This document shows, one piece after another, positions 1-13,140 of a DNA stretch of 64,000 bases (the stretch's first letter is position 1; the number at the start of each line of letters is the position of its first letter). The notes beneath the pieces are model-generated. The model saw only the letters and a program-made list of their open reading frames with translations, made no database searches and had not been told where the DNA came from. This DNA is from Antedon mediterranea (Eukaryota; Animalia; Echinodermata). The position numbers and the translations under genes were made by a program. The stretch is from contig NC_092670.1 in assembly GCF_964355755.1 (NCBI RefSeq), positions 14,990,795 to 15,054,794 on the forward strand, read 5' to 3'.

Positions 1-563
1 CACCAACAAATCCGGAGCAATTTCCACACACACACATTTTTAGTTTGGGTCAACCGGCTCAGCTACAGTGATTAAGTTCACTTAGGTTGACCCTGGTCTC
101 CCCAATTTCAGTTTTTTTTTGTTTTGTATATACTTAAATAGACCAAATAAATAATGAAATGAAAACTAAATTTGTTTATTTTGTTCGATTATTATTTTTC
201 AGAAAAAGAAGCGTCAGGTTTGCGGTACACCTTTTATTCCAAAAAGAAGATAAAGGTTGAAAACGTTGTGCTACAACCATTTTCTGCATAATAACCAAAA
301 CGGCAATACATTCTCATATTCCTTTTTGGAATCACATGGTACACCATTTGCCATGAAAACCTTTAAACACATGTTGTTAGAAGAGCACATATAATATCTG
401 TATTTATTTTTAAATGACAATGAGCTTTATAGAACTATAGCCAAGCTGTAATAAAGAAAATCCAAGTAATACTTGCTTCTCAAAGGCTTCGTTTAACGTT
501 GAGTGGCTGAGCTGTTAAGACATTGCAACTGTAATACAGTACATAGCCATAACATAATATTTT

Positions 564-643
564 CACTGACTCCATGTTTCTTTATCCGAAAAAACTCATT
601 ATAATAATGAGTTTTTTCGGATAAGGACTATAAACCGTCAGTG
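564..643. repeat. Small palindromic element (MITE remnant)
   Basis: Perfect 20-bp arms TTATCCGAAAAAACTCATTA / TAATGAGTTTTTTCGGATAA (582-624) with a 3-nt loop; outer CACTGAC/GTCAGTG inverted pair. Confidence 0.55.
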
Positions 644-3600
644 TACACAAAATACACCCCGATGTACTAGTTTACACATGGCCACTGTCATACACAGTCA
701 CTGAGGGGATCATCACTGGTATGCTGATCATCACAGATATGTACACTGGGCCATTTGAGAGAACTGTGTTTGACTGAAGAGGTCACCCAGTATAAATAAT
801 AAAAGAATAATAAAAAAAATAAAGGCTTAGGAAGTGGATTGAAATGACACAATAACCACTAGATCTTATTGGGGATCAATTTTACTGTTTTATGTTCTTA
901 CTTTTTCATTTAAACCTGAAAAATTAATTATCATTCTTCCTTATTCACCATATTATTTAAACAATACGTCACATTCTAACAGCCAATTCCATTAGTTCAA
1001 AAAGCATTAAGCTTTAAAATATAATATGCTAGAGAAAATTGAGGAGAAAAAAAAAAAATTATCACAACAAAAAATGTAATACAATGATATCAAGTCAAAT
1101 AAAAACAACAGTTTCTAAAATTCTGCAGGACGCTCCAGGAAATTGGCATATAACATTGTCTTTATCAGCCATACAAGACTAAATCCCCAATAAAAAGCAA
1201 TCTCCGGCAGATGAAATACATTTGATGAGAAAAGCTAAGGTAAAAAGACATTGAACTGAGACTTGGTTTAAATAAAAGCATTCTTTTACACTGTGAAAAT
1301 CTACAAAATCCAACCATGATGTTTGCAAATTGTTAAATAGTTTCCACCTTGGAGGGTTGGAACACATTAATTGAATTGAACTGCGGTAGCTTAAATTAAT
1401 TCATGTAAACAAAACACCAAGTACATAATGCTATGATTAAAAAGCAAAAAAAGAAATAAATGAATGAATGATGATTAACAAGAAAGTGATATATTTCAAA
1501 AATCGTAATATTAAGCATTGTTGTAGTTTTTAATAAGAGGTGGTGGGAATCATAGATCTTTCATATTTAATCAACGTCACTTTTTAAAACATGCCCAGGT
1601 GTCCATAGATTCGAATATCCTGTCCAGAATCTGATCTTTGACACCCCTTCCATGACACATGGAAAAAATAAATATCACACTGAACAACTATCGCCGCAGT
1701 CCTACCATCTGCATTCAAAGCTTATCATACCTGCACACCTTAACACACTAGATAAGCTCAATACCGAAAGTTGTACATTGCCAATTACCTGTTAGAAAAT
1801 TAAGTACATCCGAACTAACAACAAAAAAATAAATGCATGCTTAACAACAAAGAAGTGCTTACGAAATATCGCTTCGTCGAACCGTAGGTAGCAGCTCGTG
1901 ATCTCAACATAATGATGTATGCTCGTCGTATACCTCTGTCACAGTCTAAACAAACTCTGAGCGTGCACTTATAACCGGTGAGTTTGTTAGCTCGCCAATC
2001 TGGAACGGTTTACGCGTTGTCGGTGACGTAACAGTTGTTCGCAAGCCCAAGGTATTGCCAATTTCTCTTTTGATGTGTAATCTACCGGTTTCAGGAATGA
2101 AAACCTTGCTGTGTTTGTTCACGGTGTATCGTAAGTGCTTGCTGTTCATTGGTTTAAAGTCACTATCAATCCACTCCTTACTTAAGGAACTAATGATATA
2201 GGACTTCCTACTCTGAAGCACTGGGATATTATACAATTCTCAGAGGATTTACCGAAGTTTCTAAGCTCGCCTACTGATTTCTTATCCATCCCAGGCCAGG
2301 GTTCTTTTCTCAGTCAATGAACCGCTCACGACATCTTGTGGGTCATACTCATAATCTACCATGACATCACAATTTACAAAAGGCGTTAAACTTCAATTTT
2401 TTTATGACATTCAAGGACAATAATTCCTTTGTGTATAACATCACAGTTAAACACATTTTGATTAATTTTCAAGTTAAATATCATGTATCATCACCGAATC
2501 ATAAAATCTATAAATACTTTTATATTAATTCTTTAATCGGGTATCTATCAACATATTACATAACATTAAATTGGCCAAAGGGAATAAAACATGTTAAGAG
2601 TCCCAGTTGATATCCTTTTCAACCTCATTTAAAGCCCATGGGCTCATTCACCAATAACACGTTTTATGGCCATTTTGAAAGATGGGCTTTTATTCGCTAT
2701 TATTTGCAAACTCAATAGAGGGCTTCTTTTCAAAATATGTAAAGTATAATTAATAATTAATTTAGTATTGAAAATGTTTAAAATAACTAAATAAAAATGG
2801 TATAACGATCTTAATCAATTCTATAATTTATTATAATTATAAGGGCCTGGGTATGAAACTTGAGGGGAAATAGGGGATGGGATTATAATATGATTGACAA
2901 TGAAATTTTGTGTCTGAATTTAGCCTAAATTAGGAGGTAGGATTATACCTGATCATGGAATTTTATTTATTCGGAAATCGTTAACTATAAAAATATAAAT
3001 ACAAAAACACATACTACTGTCATTGCAGATTAAATATATTTATAGAAGATTATCCAGGATAGCCAAAGAGGCTTAGTAGATTAAAAAGGTGTTTTTATAA
3101 CCTAAAAAGTATTGCGTTACAAATACTATAAAAAAAATAAATATAAATTTATTATTTGGTCACCAATGAATATTAAACAAGAGTGAGAATACTTTAATTG
3201 CTCATAATAATTTGTCCTTTAAAATTAAAGTGTGTCTCAAAAGTGATTAAAACAAATTAAATTAAACATATACCTCTCATCATCAATCATGGGAGTTCAG
3301 GTAATCTGTGTCATTTGTAAGATGTGACCTATGACCTATCGATGAGGTTTAATGGGGTACAGTTGATGGGAAGGTTCACATTAAGTGGCCTACTTTCAAT
3401 TTATGATGCCACTTTACAATGAGTCATAAACCAATGTCATTATCATTTATATGCATCTTGAGATGAAAACAAAGACAGAAGTATATTAAGGAACATCATA
3501 TTATATTATTAATTTGTTTAATTTTTGATTAAAGTAGAATTCACAAATCAGGGGCCCAAAAAGTGCTGAAATAATGGGTTATCTTTTCCAATGTAATTTT

Positions 3601-4099
3601 TAAGATTTAGAAATAAAAAGAGGAGGCATCTGTTTCATACTCTTGGTGTAACAAATAATTTATTTTGTTAAAAGTTTGCTTGTCCTGATATGGAAAGACA
3701 AGGAAAGTGAGGTGATTTAATTTGTCCCAAAGTCAAGTTGGAATGTTTTACTGTACATTCTTTACAGTACATCTGTCCTAATTGTTATAATAATGTACCA
3801 ACCAAGCTCCGGAAATGCAAAATTGAAAATATATTTAAACTTAAATTGAAAAGATATATTATTTTTAACTCTTTTAATATACATATAATTACTGTATTAA
3901 TATACAGGTTGAAATTTTCAGACCGTTTGGATAGAGTGCTCAATACCAAGGTAGAGCATAAATAAATAAAATAACAGCAGAAAACTTGGTTACTTCATTG
4001 TTTTAATCACTACAAATTTGTTTCGTACGACCAGCATGTAGCTGGCCGCACTCTTCAGGTGAAATATAAAACATAAGTGACACAGTTGTCTCATAGTGC

Positions 4100-4655
4100 T
4101 TAAAGATGTATTGTCCCTTGAAACACAAAGAAATGAAGGTCAAAATATTCTAAATTTAAAGTGGCCATATCAAAGTAATATTAAAGTTATTCACTTTAAG
4201 TCGAAAATTTGAGCCAAAAACAACAAGTTTACGTAATTAACAGGTAAATTAGTTTGATTACATTTCATCTGGAAAATCGTCACGAGCGAAAGTAAACAAA
4301 GATTTCAAACCATGAGTACGCATTATGCATATGCTAAATTAGGATTGTTTACAACTCGTCACGGTTAAGAAGGTATTTTCACACAGATCATGAGGAAGTT
4401 TTATGATTATGCATACAGAGTAGCCAAACAAGCGCGTTTCATTATGGGATATGTTTTGATTGAAAACTTTGACTGGAAGTCAAAGTTATTTTTTTAACAA
4501 AAAAACGTCTGTATTTCAGTTAAAATTTTTTTTTTTTCGAAAAATTTTTGGTGATAGTTAATAACTATTATGATACTTCAGAATGACCCACCTTTTTTCG
4601 AAATCTTTTATTTTTTATTTTTTTGGAATTAGTCAAAGGGACAATACATCTTTAA
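4100..4655. mobile_element. Non-autonomous TTAA-flanked DNA transposon (Kolobok-like MITE, family B)
   Basis: TTAA-AGATGTATTGTCCC ... GGGACAATACATCT-TTAA terminal inverted repeats. Related copies or ends at about 11692-11945, 28620-28732 and 56973-57287. Confidence 0.8.
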
Positions 4656-5768
4656 TAGAAGTGATAATTAATAATAATTAATAATTATTAATATATATTT
4701 TTATTTTATAGTATATTATATTGATTCTGATATTCGTAATTTAATGTTTATACTGATTACAATGTACCCTGAATTTCAGTTAATTAATCCACTGGGATAA
4801 ACCAGAAAAGTTATCCTCTTTAAAGATGGTTGAAATAAAAAAAAAGTGTAAATCAGATTAAGGGAGAATAAAGATGAACTGATGAATAAAAGAAAAAAAA
4901 ACAAGAAAAATTCTCATTGTGCATAACCATACAGTACGTGTAGGATCTTCAGCATGCTAAACCTATAAAACAAAGGACTCGTTTGGGAATCAGTCAGGAT
5001 ATTACAAGGACTGTAGGTAACTGTTTGAAAGTCAACCAATGATTGATAGAAGATAATGAAAATGGGTTTATTAATGACTTTGATTGATAACAGTACTGTA
5101 GATTCACCTACAACAATAATGCGCATCAGGCTTTAGGGCTTGTTTCTGTTGCATAAACGCCAAGTAACCATTTATTTGAGATTAGATTAAAAGATAAAAC
5201 TTATATAAAAACCACATTTTCTGGGGCTAGTTATTGACTGAAACATCATCTTTACCCAAGATACTGTAAGCTCAGGTGGTCAAAGGGTAAAATTTGTATG
5301 GTAGTTGACAAAACGACGGTCAATAATTAACGTTAATTAAAGTTGCAGTTAATCGGTAAAATAGCATACACTCAATCGATTGGGGTTTTCTTAAAACTGT
5401 TTTACTTTCATGGCATCTACCAATGTTATTTCAAACACCATGATTGATTGTTGTTCTCCTGCTCTCCCTTACTTCATCATCATAACTTTTGCTAAAAAAG
5501 CACTAACCAGTGGAGCGGAACTACTGGCAACATGGCTGTCATTTAGGTATGTGTTTTTCATTGCAATGATAAACACATTTGATGCCAGAGAAATCAACCT
5601 TTCTATATGTATAATTGAGTTTTCATTCCTGAATTTAACTTGAATCCACAACAAAATAGTGCAGCGCCAACCACAACCAACATCAAGGAGACAATCTTCT
5701 AAAGATCTGCCTACACTATCACACTAGTTTGACAAAAAAACTATGATGTGCCTTAATATGGTAGTGAT

Positions 5769-6046
5769 CTAGTCATCTAGACTACTGTATGCATCTAGAC
5801 TACTATAGTCATCTAGACTACTATAGTCATCTAGACTACTGTATGCATCTAGACTACTAGTCATCTAGACTACTGTATGCATCTAGACTACTAGTCATCT
5901 AGACTACTGTATGCATCTAGACTACTAGTCATCTAGACTACTGTATGCATCTAGACTACTAGTCATCTAGACTACTGTATGCATCTAGACTACTAGTCAT
6001 CTAGACTACTGTATGCATTTAGACTACTAGTCATCTAGACTACTGT
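5769..6046 (+). repeat. Minisatellite: 16 copies of core CATCTAGACTACT, mostly as a 34-bp dimer
   Basis: Alternating CATCTAGACTACTGTATG / CATCTAGACTACT(AT)AGT units, directly visible. Confidence 0.95.
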
Positions 6047-6543
6047 ATGCAGGTATGGAGTCCTCACTTAGAAAAAGACAAAAAGACATTAGAAAACGTT
6101 CAAGCACGGGCAACCAAAATTATTCCTAACCTGAAAGACCTACCATACGAAACGCGGCAACAAAGATTAAGACTCACAACGCTTGAAGATAGAAGAAGAA
6201 GAGGTGACCTTATACAAATATACCGCATTATAACACAGAAAGATAAAATTGAGCCTACAAAAATGTTTAAGAAAGCCGAGTATGGAAAGACAAGAGGACA
6301 CTCGTACAAACTGAGAAAAGAAAAACCAAATCTGGAAAGTAGGAAATTCTTCTATAGCCAGCGTGTAGTGAATGACTGGAACAACTTACCACAAAGTGCA
6401 ATATCTGCTCCAAACCTACTCTGCTTCAAGAAAGAGATAAATAAACACATGGGTTTATAATGGGCTAAAAAGCCCCCTTAACCCTGCCACACTCTATCGA
6501 AAGAAGATGGACTGTGGCAATTCAAGGTAAATTCAAGGTAAAT
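6029..6543 (+). mobile_element. 5'-truncated CR1-clade LINE (ORF2 C-terminus plus 3' tail)
   Basis: SHLDYCMQVWSPHLEKD..ENVQARATK..LEDRRRRGDLIQIYRI..TRGHSYKL..FFYSQRVVNDWNNLP is the typical CR1 ORF2 tail; stop at 6460; (AATTCAAGGTA)x2 tandem 3' tail at 6519-6543. Confidence 0.9.
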
Positions 6544-6639
6544 ATACCAACATATGATATCATTATGTCGATATATGGGCACATCACATATTTTTTGTTA
6601 CATAAAGTTTGATAGCGTAGACAGAACTTAAGTATCATA

Positions 6640-6885
6640 ATAATAATATCCTGGATTTATAAAGCGCCTAATGTTGTAAAACCTGTGAATATTATTACCC
6701 CGGTTATTTTTGGATCAAAGACGTATGGAAATATACTCCCATAATGCAGCTAGCAATCCGTGCAAAGTTGTGTCTTGACCTTACAAGGCACCCATTTGCC
6801 TAAATGATACAGGCAATATGACGAGCATTGGATTCAAACCCATGATCTCACTATCAATAGTCCAACATCCAACACACTGCGTCAT
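6640..6885 (-). mobile_element. Degenerate tRNA-derived SINE
   Basis: Minus-strand B-box-like GGGTTTGAATCC (about 6830-6841), SINE-like body and an (ATT)n / AGGCGCTTTATAAA-type 3' end. A similar remnant lies at about 17550-17770. Confidence 0.4.
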
Positions 6886-6990
6886 TATTACAACTACAGT
6901 AGTACAACATTGTAGTATCATGACATCTTCTTCCAGTCTTGTCTGTGCATGAAAATTGAGTAATTTTGCAGGCAAAAAATAAACACTCAC

Positions 6991-9900
6991 CTTGACATAT
7001 TCATGATGCTGTTGTTCTAATGTCTCTATTTTTTTGGACACATATGCTGGAAGAATAAGATTTTTTTAATAAAATTATTACAGTAATGTCACGTTAATTG
7101 TCATAATGTTACTGTAGTGTAATATTAATAAACTAATTATTAAACAATAACAACTATTTCATAATTTCTTTATCTCCTTTTGCTCCCTTATAAACTTCCA
7201 GGTTGCGTGATCTCCTAACGTTGTTTCCCCCACCCCCAACCCAATCAATGACTAAATGAATATCGTGATGATGATTTATGTGTATTTTGTGTAATGCACA
7301 AAACAAAATCATTAAAAAATGTTAAAAAATCAAACATTTGACATTTTTAAAAATGAAAGATTTACATACATAATTAACACCACAATCCAGGTATCATGAT
7401 GTCATGCTATGAATTTTACTCAACGTTGCTTATTAACGATAATCCATTGGCAGATATTATCTGTGTTACAACGTTGATCAGCTTCCCTTTCAGTATTGCA
7501 AAAGGGTGTTACCAGTTGGCCATAGACCTTACAACAGCAGGTGTTCATTAGTATAAACAGTTCACTAACTCTGGTCTTAATAACATATATTAGTACTTTT
7601 TTTTCTGACCTTTTTTTTTCCAAAAGGATTTATGCAAATTAATTAATATAAAGTTTGCGGTACACCATGTGTTGAGTGAGAATAACTCCTGATTTCAACA
7701 TACAAACCTTCAAAGAATACATATTAACATGGAGTAAAATACTCCATGATATTAATAACAAAATAATAATTATACACTTTTTAAAAATACAATTGAATGG
7801 TCCGTTTTTAGCAGATTTTTCTATGCAAATATCACACACAAAAATATTTGCAACTAGTTGATTAAGTTTTAGTTGCACAGGGATGGATTTTGTGATGTTT
7901 GTTTAGCAACACCATCTAAAACTGCTGAAGTATGCATTCACTTTTACTAAACATTTGTGAAAAGTAGTCTAAATTTACTTTCATCATGAACTAATTTAAC
8001 TTTTTAGAATCTTTGTTACAATGATTATTACAGTAGGATGAGGGCAGTAGTAAGAGTACAGGTACAGTATGTTTATTGAGGTAAGAGGTATTTGAATGTG
8101 AATTTAATTACGTTTTTACAGATGTGGATGTCAGTCTTACCCTACAGTATTACTTCTTATTTGCTTGCTAAAATATTAATATTTTTTATTTTAAAATCAG
8201 TCTGTGTGTTTTATGAGTTCGTTGACACATTTAAATCTTAGATTTACTTGTTTGATTAGCTATTACAGCGATAGTAAAATGATAACATACTGTTTTACTT
8301 GAAGCCTAAATACTAACTGTAATTTAAGCAAACAGACCAAGGCCGGAACAAATGATAATAACATATCTGTGGCAGCAATGCACAGAGTAATTAATAAGAC
8401 TGAGTGAAGAACAGATAGAACAACTGATTATTTTATACTGAAATGGTGAATGAATTATTGTTGATACACACATAGATGTGCATAAATAAATAAATGGATG
8501 AATTAGTGAATGAAGAAATTGATGAATTAGTGAATGAAGAAATGGATGAATTAGTGAATGAAGAAATGGATGAATTAGTGAATGAAGAAATTGATGAATA
8601 AATGAAGTACATTAGAAATCCTCCTTTGAGAGGGGACAAGAATAAGGAGCAATTTATGTTATTGTAATACCACTAAAACAGTAATCCTCCATTAAAGGGA
8701 CACTCCTATTAATAATAATAATTAAAACTTGCTGGGTCCTGAAGGTGCCTTACTTAATACAGTAGGTGTTCTTTCTACTTTATATTATAATAAAATAAAC
8801 AGTATACGTTACGTACCAGTAATAGATGTTCCCATTGGTACATTATCGATGGCACCATGGCTATTTGCATGTATAAGGTAACAATCTTTGCTGTTGTACC
8901 GTGCTTTCTCTATGCTCACTGTGAACTCTCCTAACTCTTTTCCTGTGTCTGATGTGGTTACCAAAGAATCTGTGAACAGCACACTATCAATCTCTCCTTC
9001 ATCTGAAAATAATACAAATTATATCATCAACATTAAAATAATGAATTAAGATGATGGTATTTATTGCTTTGATGGTAACAAAATGGACATTATCATGGCT
9101 GATTCACAACTGTTTAAGGTATAGTAGATAGTACTACTAGTAGAACCAATTGCAGAGACACTTTTCTGTATTTAACATTAACAAGCAAATGTTTTTATAA
9201 AAATATGACTAATATAACCTCTATTGAGGGGACATCCATATAAAAAAACATCGTACAGTATAAAGGTATTCCCTTAGGGATAGAGATTTTACTGATAATG
9301 ATAAGTTAAAGCAATTTCACTATTCTAGTACAGTTGTTATAGTGGTGTCCCAATTTATTTCTACTGATGAAAATATCCAATGATGTGTGGGATGTATGTG
9401 TGGGATGTACATATGGTATAGGGTTTAAATTCGAGAGGTGGATTTAATTAAGGTATGTTGAAACAATTTTTAACCACCATCCACATAATTATTGGATGAT
9501 ATAAGCAATTCATTCAATAATAATTTTCATGCCGTAATGTATGCAAGAATGGTGAAGCGGACTATCCGAGAACGCTAACAGATGGCATAATACAACCACC
9601 AATCATCGACTTTTACAATGAAAGATAAAACTAATTCATTCCCTGATGGACGACTATCACTATTAAAAAAATACTGATTTAACACTTGGAAATTTGCTCT
9701 AATTAATAAGCTGACTTCAATCATATTAATAATTAATCAGTTTGCTTTACTGTCCACATATTTTACTAAATACACAATCTTCCATCTTTCGGAAAGAATT
9801 CACTTTAGAATTGATGAAAAACAAATAAATTAATTCAGAAAGCTTAACGTAACTTGTCAAACAAAAATGCCAAGCTTTAAGGGATCATGTTAAATTTATT

Positions 9901-11500
9901 CTAGTGCAGTTACTACATTTTAATGCAATAACGTATGTTTTTAGTGTTTTAATAAAAGTTTATAAGACAATCACTTTAATTAACAGTGTTTGTATAAATT
10001 TGATGCTTTCTAAAGTATTGTATACTGTAACATTAACAAAATGTTTTCTATTGTATGTTTATATTATTATTTATTAATTAATTGAAAATAAATAACAAAA
10101 GCACAATATTATGAATTACCACAATTCTATCTAAAAAACTGTACTGTGCAGAAAAATAATTTTTATATTATTATTAGTTAATATTTTGTAATAAAAAAAA
10201 ATTGCAAAAATTATAATCAGATGTTGAATTGTTAAAACTGCCATGTGGAACTACTTTAGATTAGCGGTAATTGTAAACACTGCCGCTGCTGCTGTCATAA
10301 AATGTCTTTCACTTCGGCAAAAATCAGAATATTGGAGACTGTTCTGTAATAATCACTTTGTTTGTTTCTCTTGGTATAAACTACCATTACAGATACATTA
10401 CAGTTCTATTTGTCCGAGTATAACCTCAATCCTCCCAGTAAAACTCATTTATCCAAGTATAATCTACTGCCCCTAATATTTACTAGATTCTGTAGCCAGG
10501 CCCTACAAACTTATAACTAACTGTTATTATTAGGTTAGTGAACATACCCATTTTGTCAACATATGCTATAGCATCATCTGTCGCTACTGGTAGTGGAGAG
10601 GGTTCCTTTTCTTGACTGTAAACAAAAATAATATTTTTTTAATGCACAAATAATCTTTGTTTCAAATAATGATTTCATCTTAAACTCTGTCTACACTATC
10701 AATCAAACCAGTTTGACAAAAATGAGTGTGATGTGTCCAAATATGGTATTAAATGTTTAAATAAGATACAGAAGTGATATGACATCATCATGTCCATATA
10801 TGGGTACAGTTTGATAGTGTAGTACAGTATAGTGATTTATATTCAAAATCAATGCTAACAAAAGTTATCAAAATTATTCTATTGCAGATACTGTACTATG
10901 TTATAGTCTTTAATCTATTTATTCTATTCAGCAAGCAATACATTGAGATTGCCTCATAAAGTTTACAATACATGCAGTAAAAAAATGTAGTTACTGCAGT
11001 AACCTACTGTAGAATAATTAGTACTTACTAAGGAAAAACCAACAGCAAAAACAAATTCAATTTTTGATAGAAAAATAATGAGTCAACTTTCTTTTTATTA
11101 AAACGGTATTGTATTTTTTCAATGTACAGTAAGTACAGTAGATAAAATGCCATGTTTCACTAGAAAAACCTTTACAGATCGAAATCTCTCTCTTTTTTGT
11201 TTGCAAAATAAAAACAAAATAGTTCAGGAAAAAAAATGTTTTGTACTTTACTTCTTGGATGCAAAAAATATGAAATAAAATAGAAATGTATTGCAACTAT
11301 CTTGCAACTATTTTGCCACTTTAATAAACATAAAAAAATTAAAAATCTACTGTACTCCAGATCAAATAAACAGATATTAAAATAGTAAAACTTATTTATC
11401 AGTGTAAATTCTGAATAGTCACTCACCTGTCATATAGTGATTCTGAATTATCTGTAACAAACGGTTTGGTACTCATTTTTGAAAATGTTTGTGAGCTCAT
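6991..11500 (-). CDS. CATIP: Ciliogenesis-associated TTC17-interacting protein (CATIP/C2orf62-like), 5' four coding exons; gene continues past the left edge
   Basis: Spliced by hand with GT-AG sites and consistent phases: 11500-11427 (MSSQTFSKMSTKPFVTDNSESLYDS), 10615-10548 (QEKEPSPLPVATDDAIAYVDKMD), 9002-8817 (EGEIDSVLFTDSLVTTSDTGKELGEFTVSIEKARYNSKDCYLIHANSHGAIDNVPMGTSITA), 7046-6991 (YVSKKIETLEQQHHEYVK). Collinear with human CATIP as I recall it (PLPEANAEAIDFL..SDTGEPQGELTIEV..HASSRGFLD..GYLSEKLELMEQHSQDFIK). ATG exon acceptor at about 11665; probable non-coding exon donor at 14306. Confidence 0.88.
8497..8598. repeat. 24-bp tandem repeat (about 4 copies)
   Basis: GATGAATTAGTGAATGAAGAAAT(T/G) repeated; explains the SSISSFTN ORF at 8433-8639. 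Confidence 0.9.
10681..10827. mobile_element. Harbinger-like MITE family A copy
   Basis: CTCTGTCTACACTATC ... TTTGATAGTGTAG ends with the internal GACATCATCATGTCCATATATGGG shared by other copies. Confidence 0.7.
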
Positions 11501-13140
11501 TATGACTTGCCAGTGGTTGTTACCTCAAATTTGAAAGAATCAATGAAATGACGACAACGGCGCTAATAACAGATGATGATTTTGTCGAACTGTAGGCGAG
11601 TAGTCTGATGGGTAGCACTTTCAAATAGACTGCTGCCAACTCATTCTTGTAACTTTAAACTGAACCTGGTAGGAAATAATAGAAGTAAACATTAAAGACG
11701 TATTGTCCCCCAAAAACATAAAAAATGAAGATTAATTACATCAGACTTTGAATAGGTTTTTTTTGTAGTTTTAATCAAGTTAATCACTTGCGTAGAAAAA
11801 AAAACGAGAAAAAAAAATGTTTTTGACTAAAATGACAAAATAAATGGTTAAATTCAACCAAAAATCTTTTGGCTGGCGGCCAATTTGACTATTTTTCAGG
11901 TAAATAATTTTGAGGCCAAAACAAATGTAATATTCTTAATTTTTCAGCGAAAATACCGGGTTTCCCCAAATTTTAATCAATGGATTCTGGTAAAAACAGA
12001 AAGACAACCAATGCAGCAACTATACAACATCAGGCATATAGCTAGCATACAATGTCCGTACAGTACCAATGTTTACCAGCTACAAAAGTGCATTATTTCT
12101 CTCTTTTATCATAATTTACCATAAAATGTACATTGAAGACATAGAATGACCTGGCTTAATGTTTTTAAAGTAATAGATACAAATTGTAGGGAATGGGTCT
12201 TTTGTAGGATTTCTTCTTTTTGTTGGTCTTATGATGAGGATTATTTCCATTTTTATTTCTAACCATATAAATATTCCCTTAAAATTGTAATTGTTAGTCG
12301 TTGTCTCTTTACATACTGTAGGCCTACATATTTTATCTTAACACATTTTCATTAAAAATTAATTATTAAAACATATTTCCTATCAATATTGTATGGTTGA
12401 TTGATTGATAATATATTTATACTGGGTAACCTCTTCAGTCAAAGACTCTCAACGATTATAAGCAACGGTCTTAGTTAAGTCGAAGATGCTTTCCAGGTGG
12501 AATGCCATCCAGAGATGAGTAGTAGTAATTAGTCTTGTTTATTTTATTTCACTTTTGTAATTTTTACTTTCTATGGACCAGAGATTCCTAAATAAAAGAT
12601 TGAATTGACTTGAATACGTATACATATTTCACAGGTTTTTAAATTCCTATTTAGAATTAATAACATTTATTAACAAAATTGGTTGCTAATTTCTATAATA
12701 CTGTGTAGGCCTACTATATCTAAACAATAATAATTGTTGTCTTGTAATGCAGATAATAAAAAATATAATAAAGCACTGTATAATAATTTAAAGAATAATG
12801 AATATTAAAAAACAAATTTATATTATTTTTATCCTCAGTCACCATGAACAGCAAGCAGTCTAGATTAAGACATTGGATGAGGATTTTGAAAAAGGAGGGT
12901 AGGGAAAGAAGGGTCTAAAAATGGAAAATGAACTGCTGAACTGAGCCTAATTCTATCCTTTGCATTGTAGATTAAATAACTTTTTTTTTAAATAAATTTC
13001 TGTAACTTTAAATATCTAAAGTGAATTGCATCTTTTGTTTACAAAATATATTTGAATAATGTAAATAATTAGGCACATGCACCGTCCAGGGCTGTAGTAC
13101 AGTATATAACTGAAAACGGAATTCCCCAATAATAATAAAA

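Larger units (their letters stand above)
5700..6632. mobile_element. PIF/Harbinger-like MITE (family A) interrupted by a CR1 LINE fragment
   Basis: TIR AG(C)TCTG(T)CTACACTATC at 5700 and GATAG(T)GTAGACAGA(G)CT-TAA at about 6611-6631. The halves join to the family consensus once 5769-6542 is removed. Confidence 0.75.

Noticed and set aside
347-360. RFX X-box-like TTTGCCATGAAAAC in a ciliary gene
   Set aside because: Imperfect match, 14 kb from the putative promoter; not distinguishable from chance.
5769-6046. CRISPR-like array
   Set aside because: No unique spacers and no cas genes; eukaryotic context; the units derive from the adjacent LINE.
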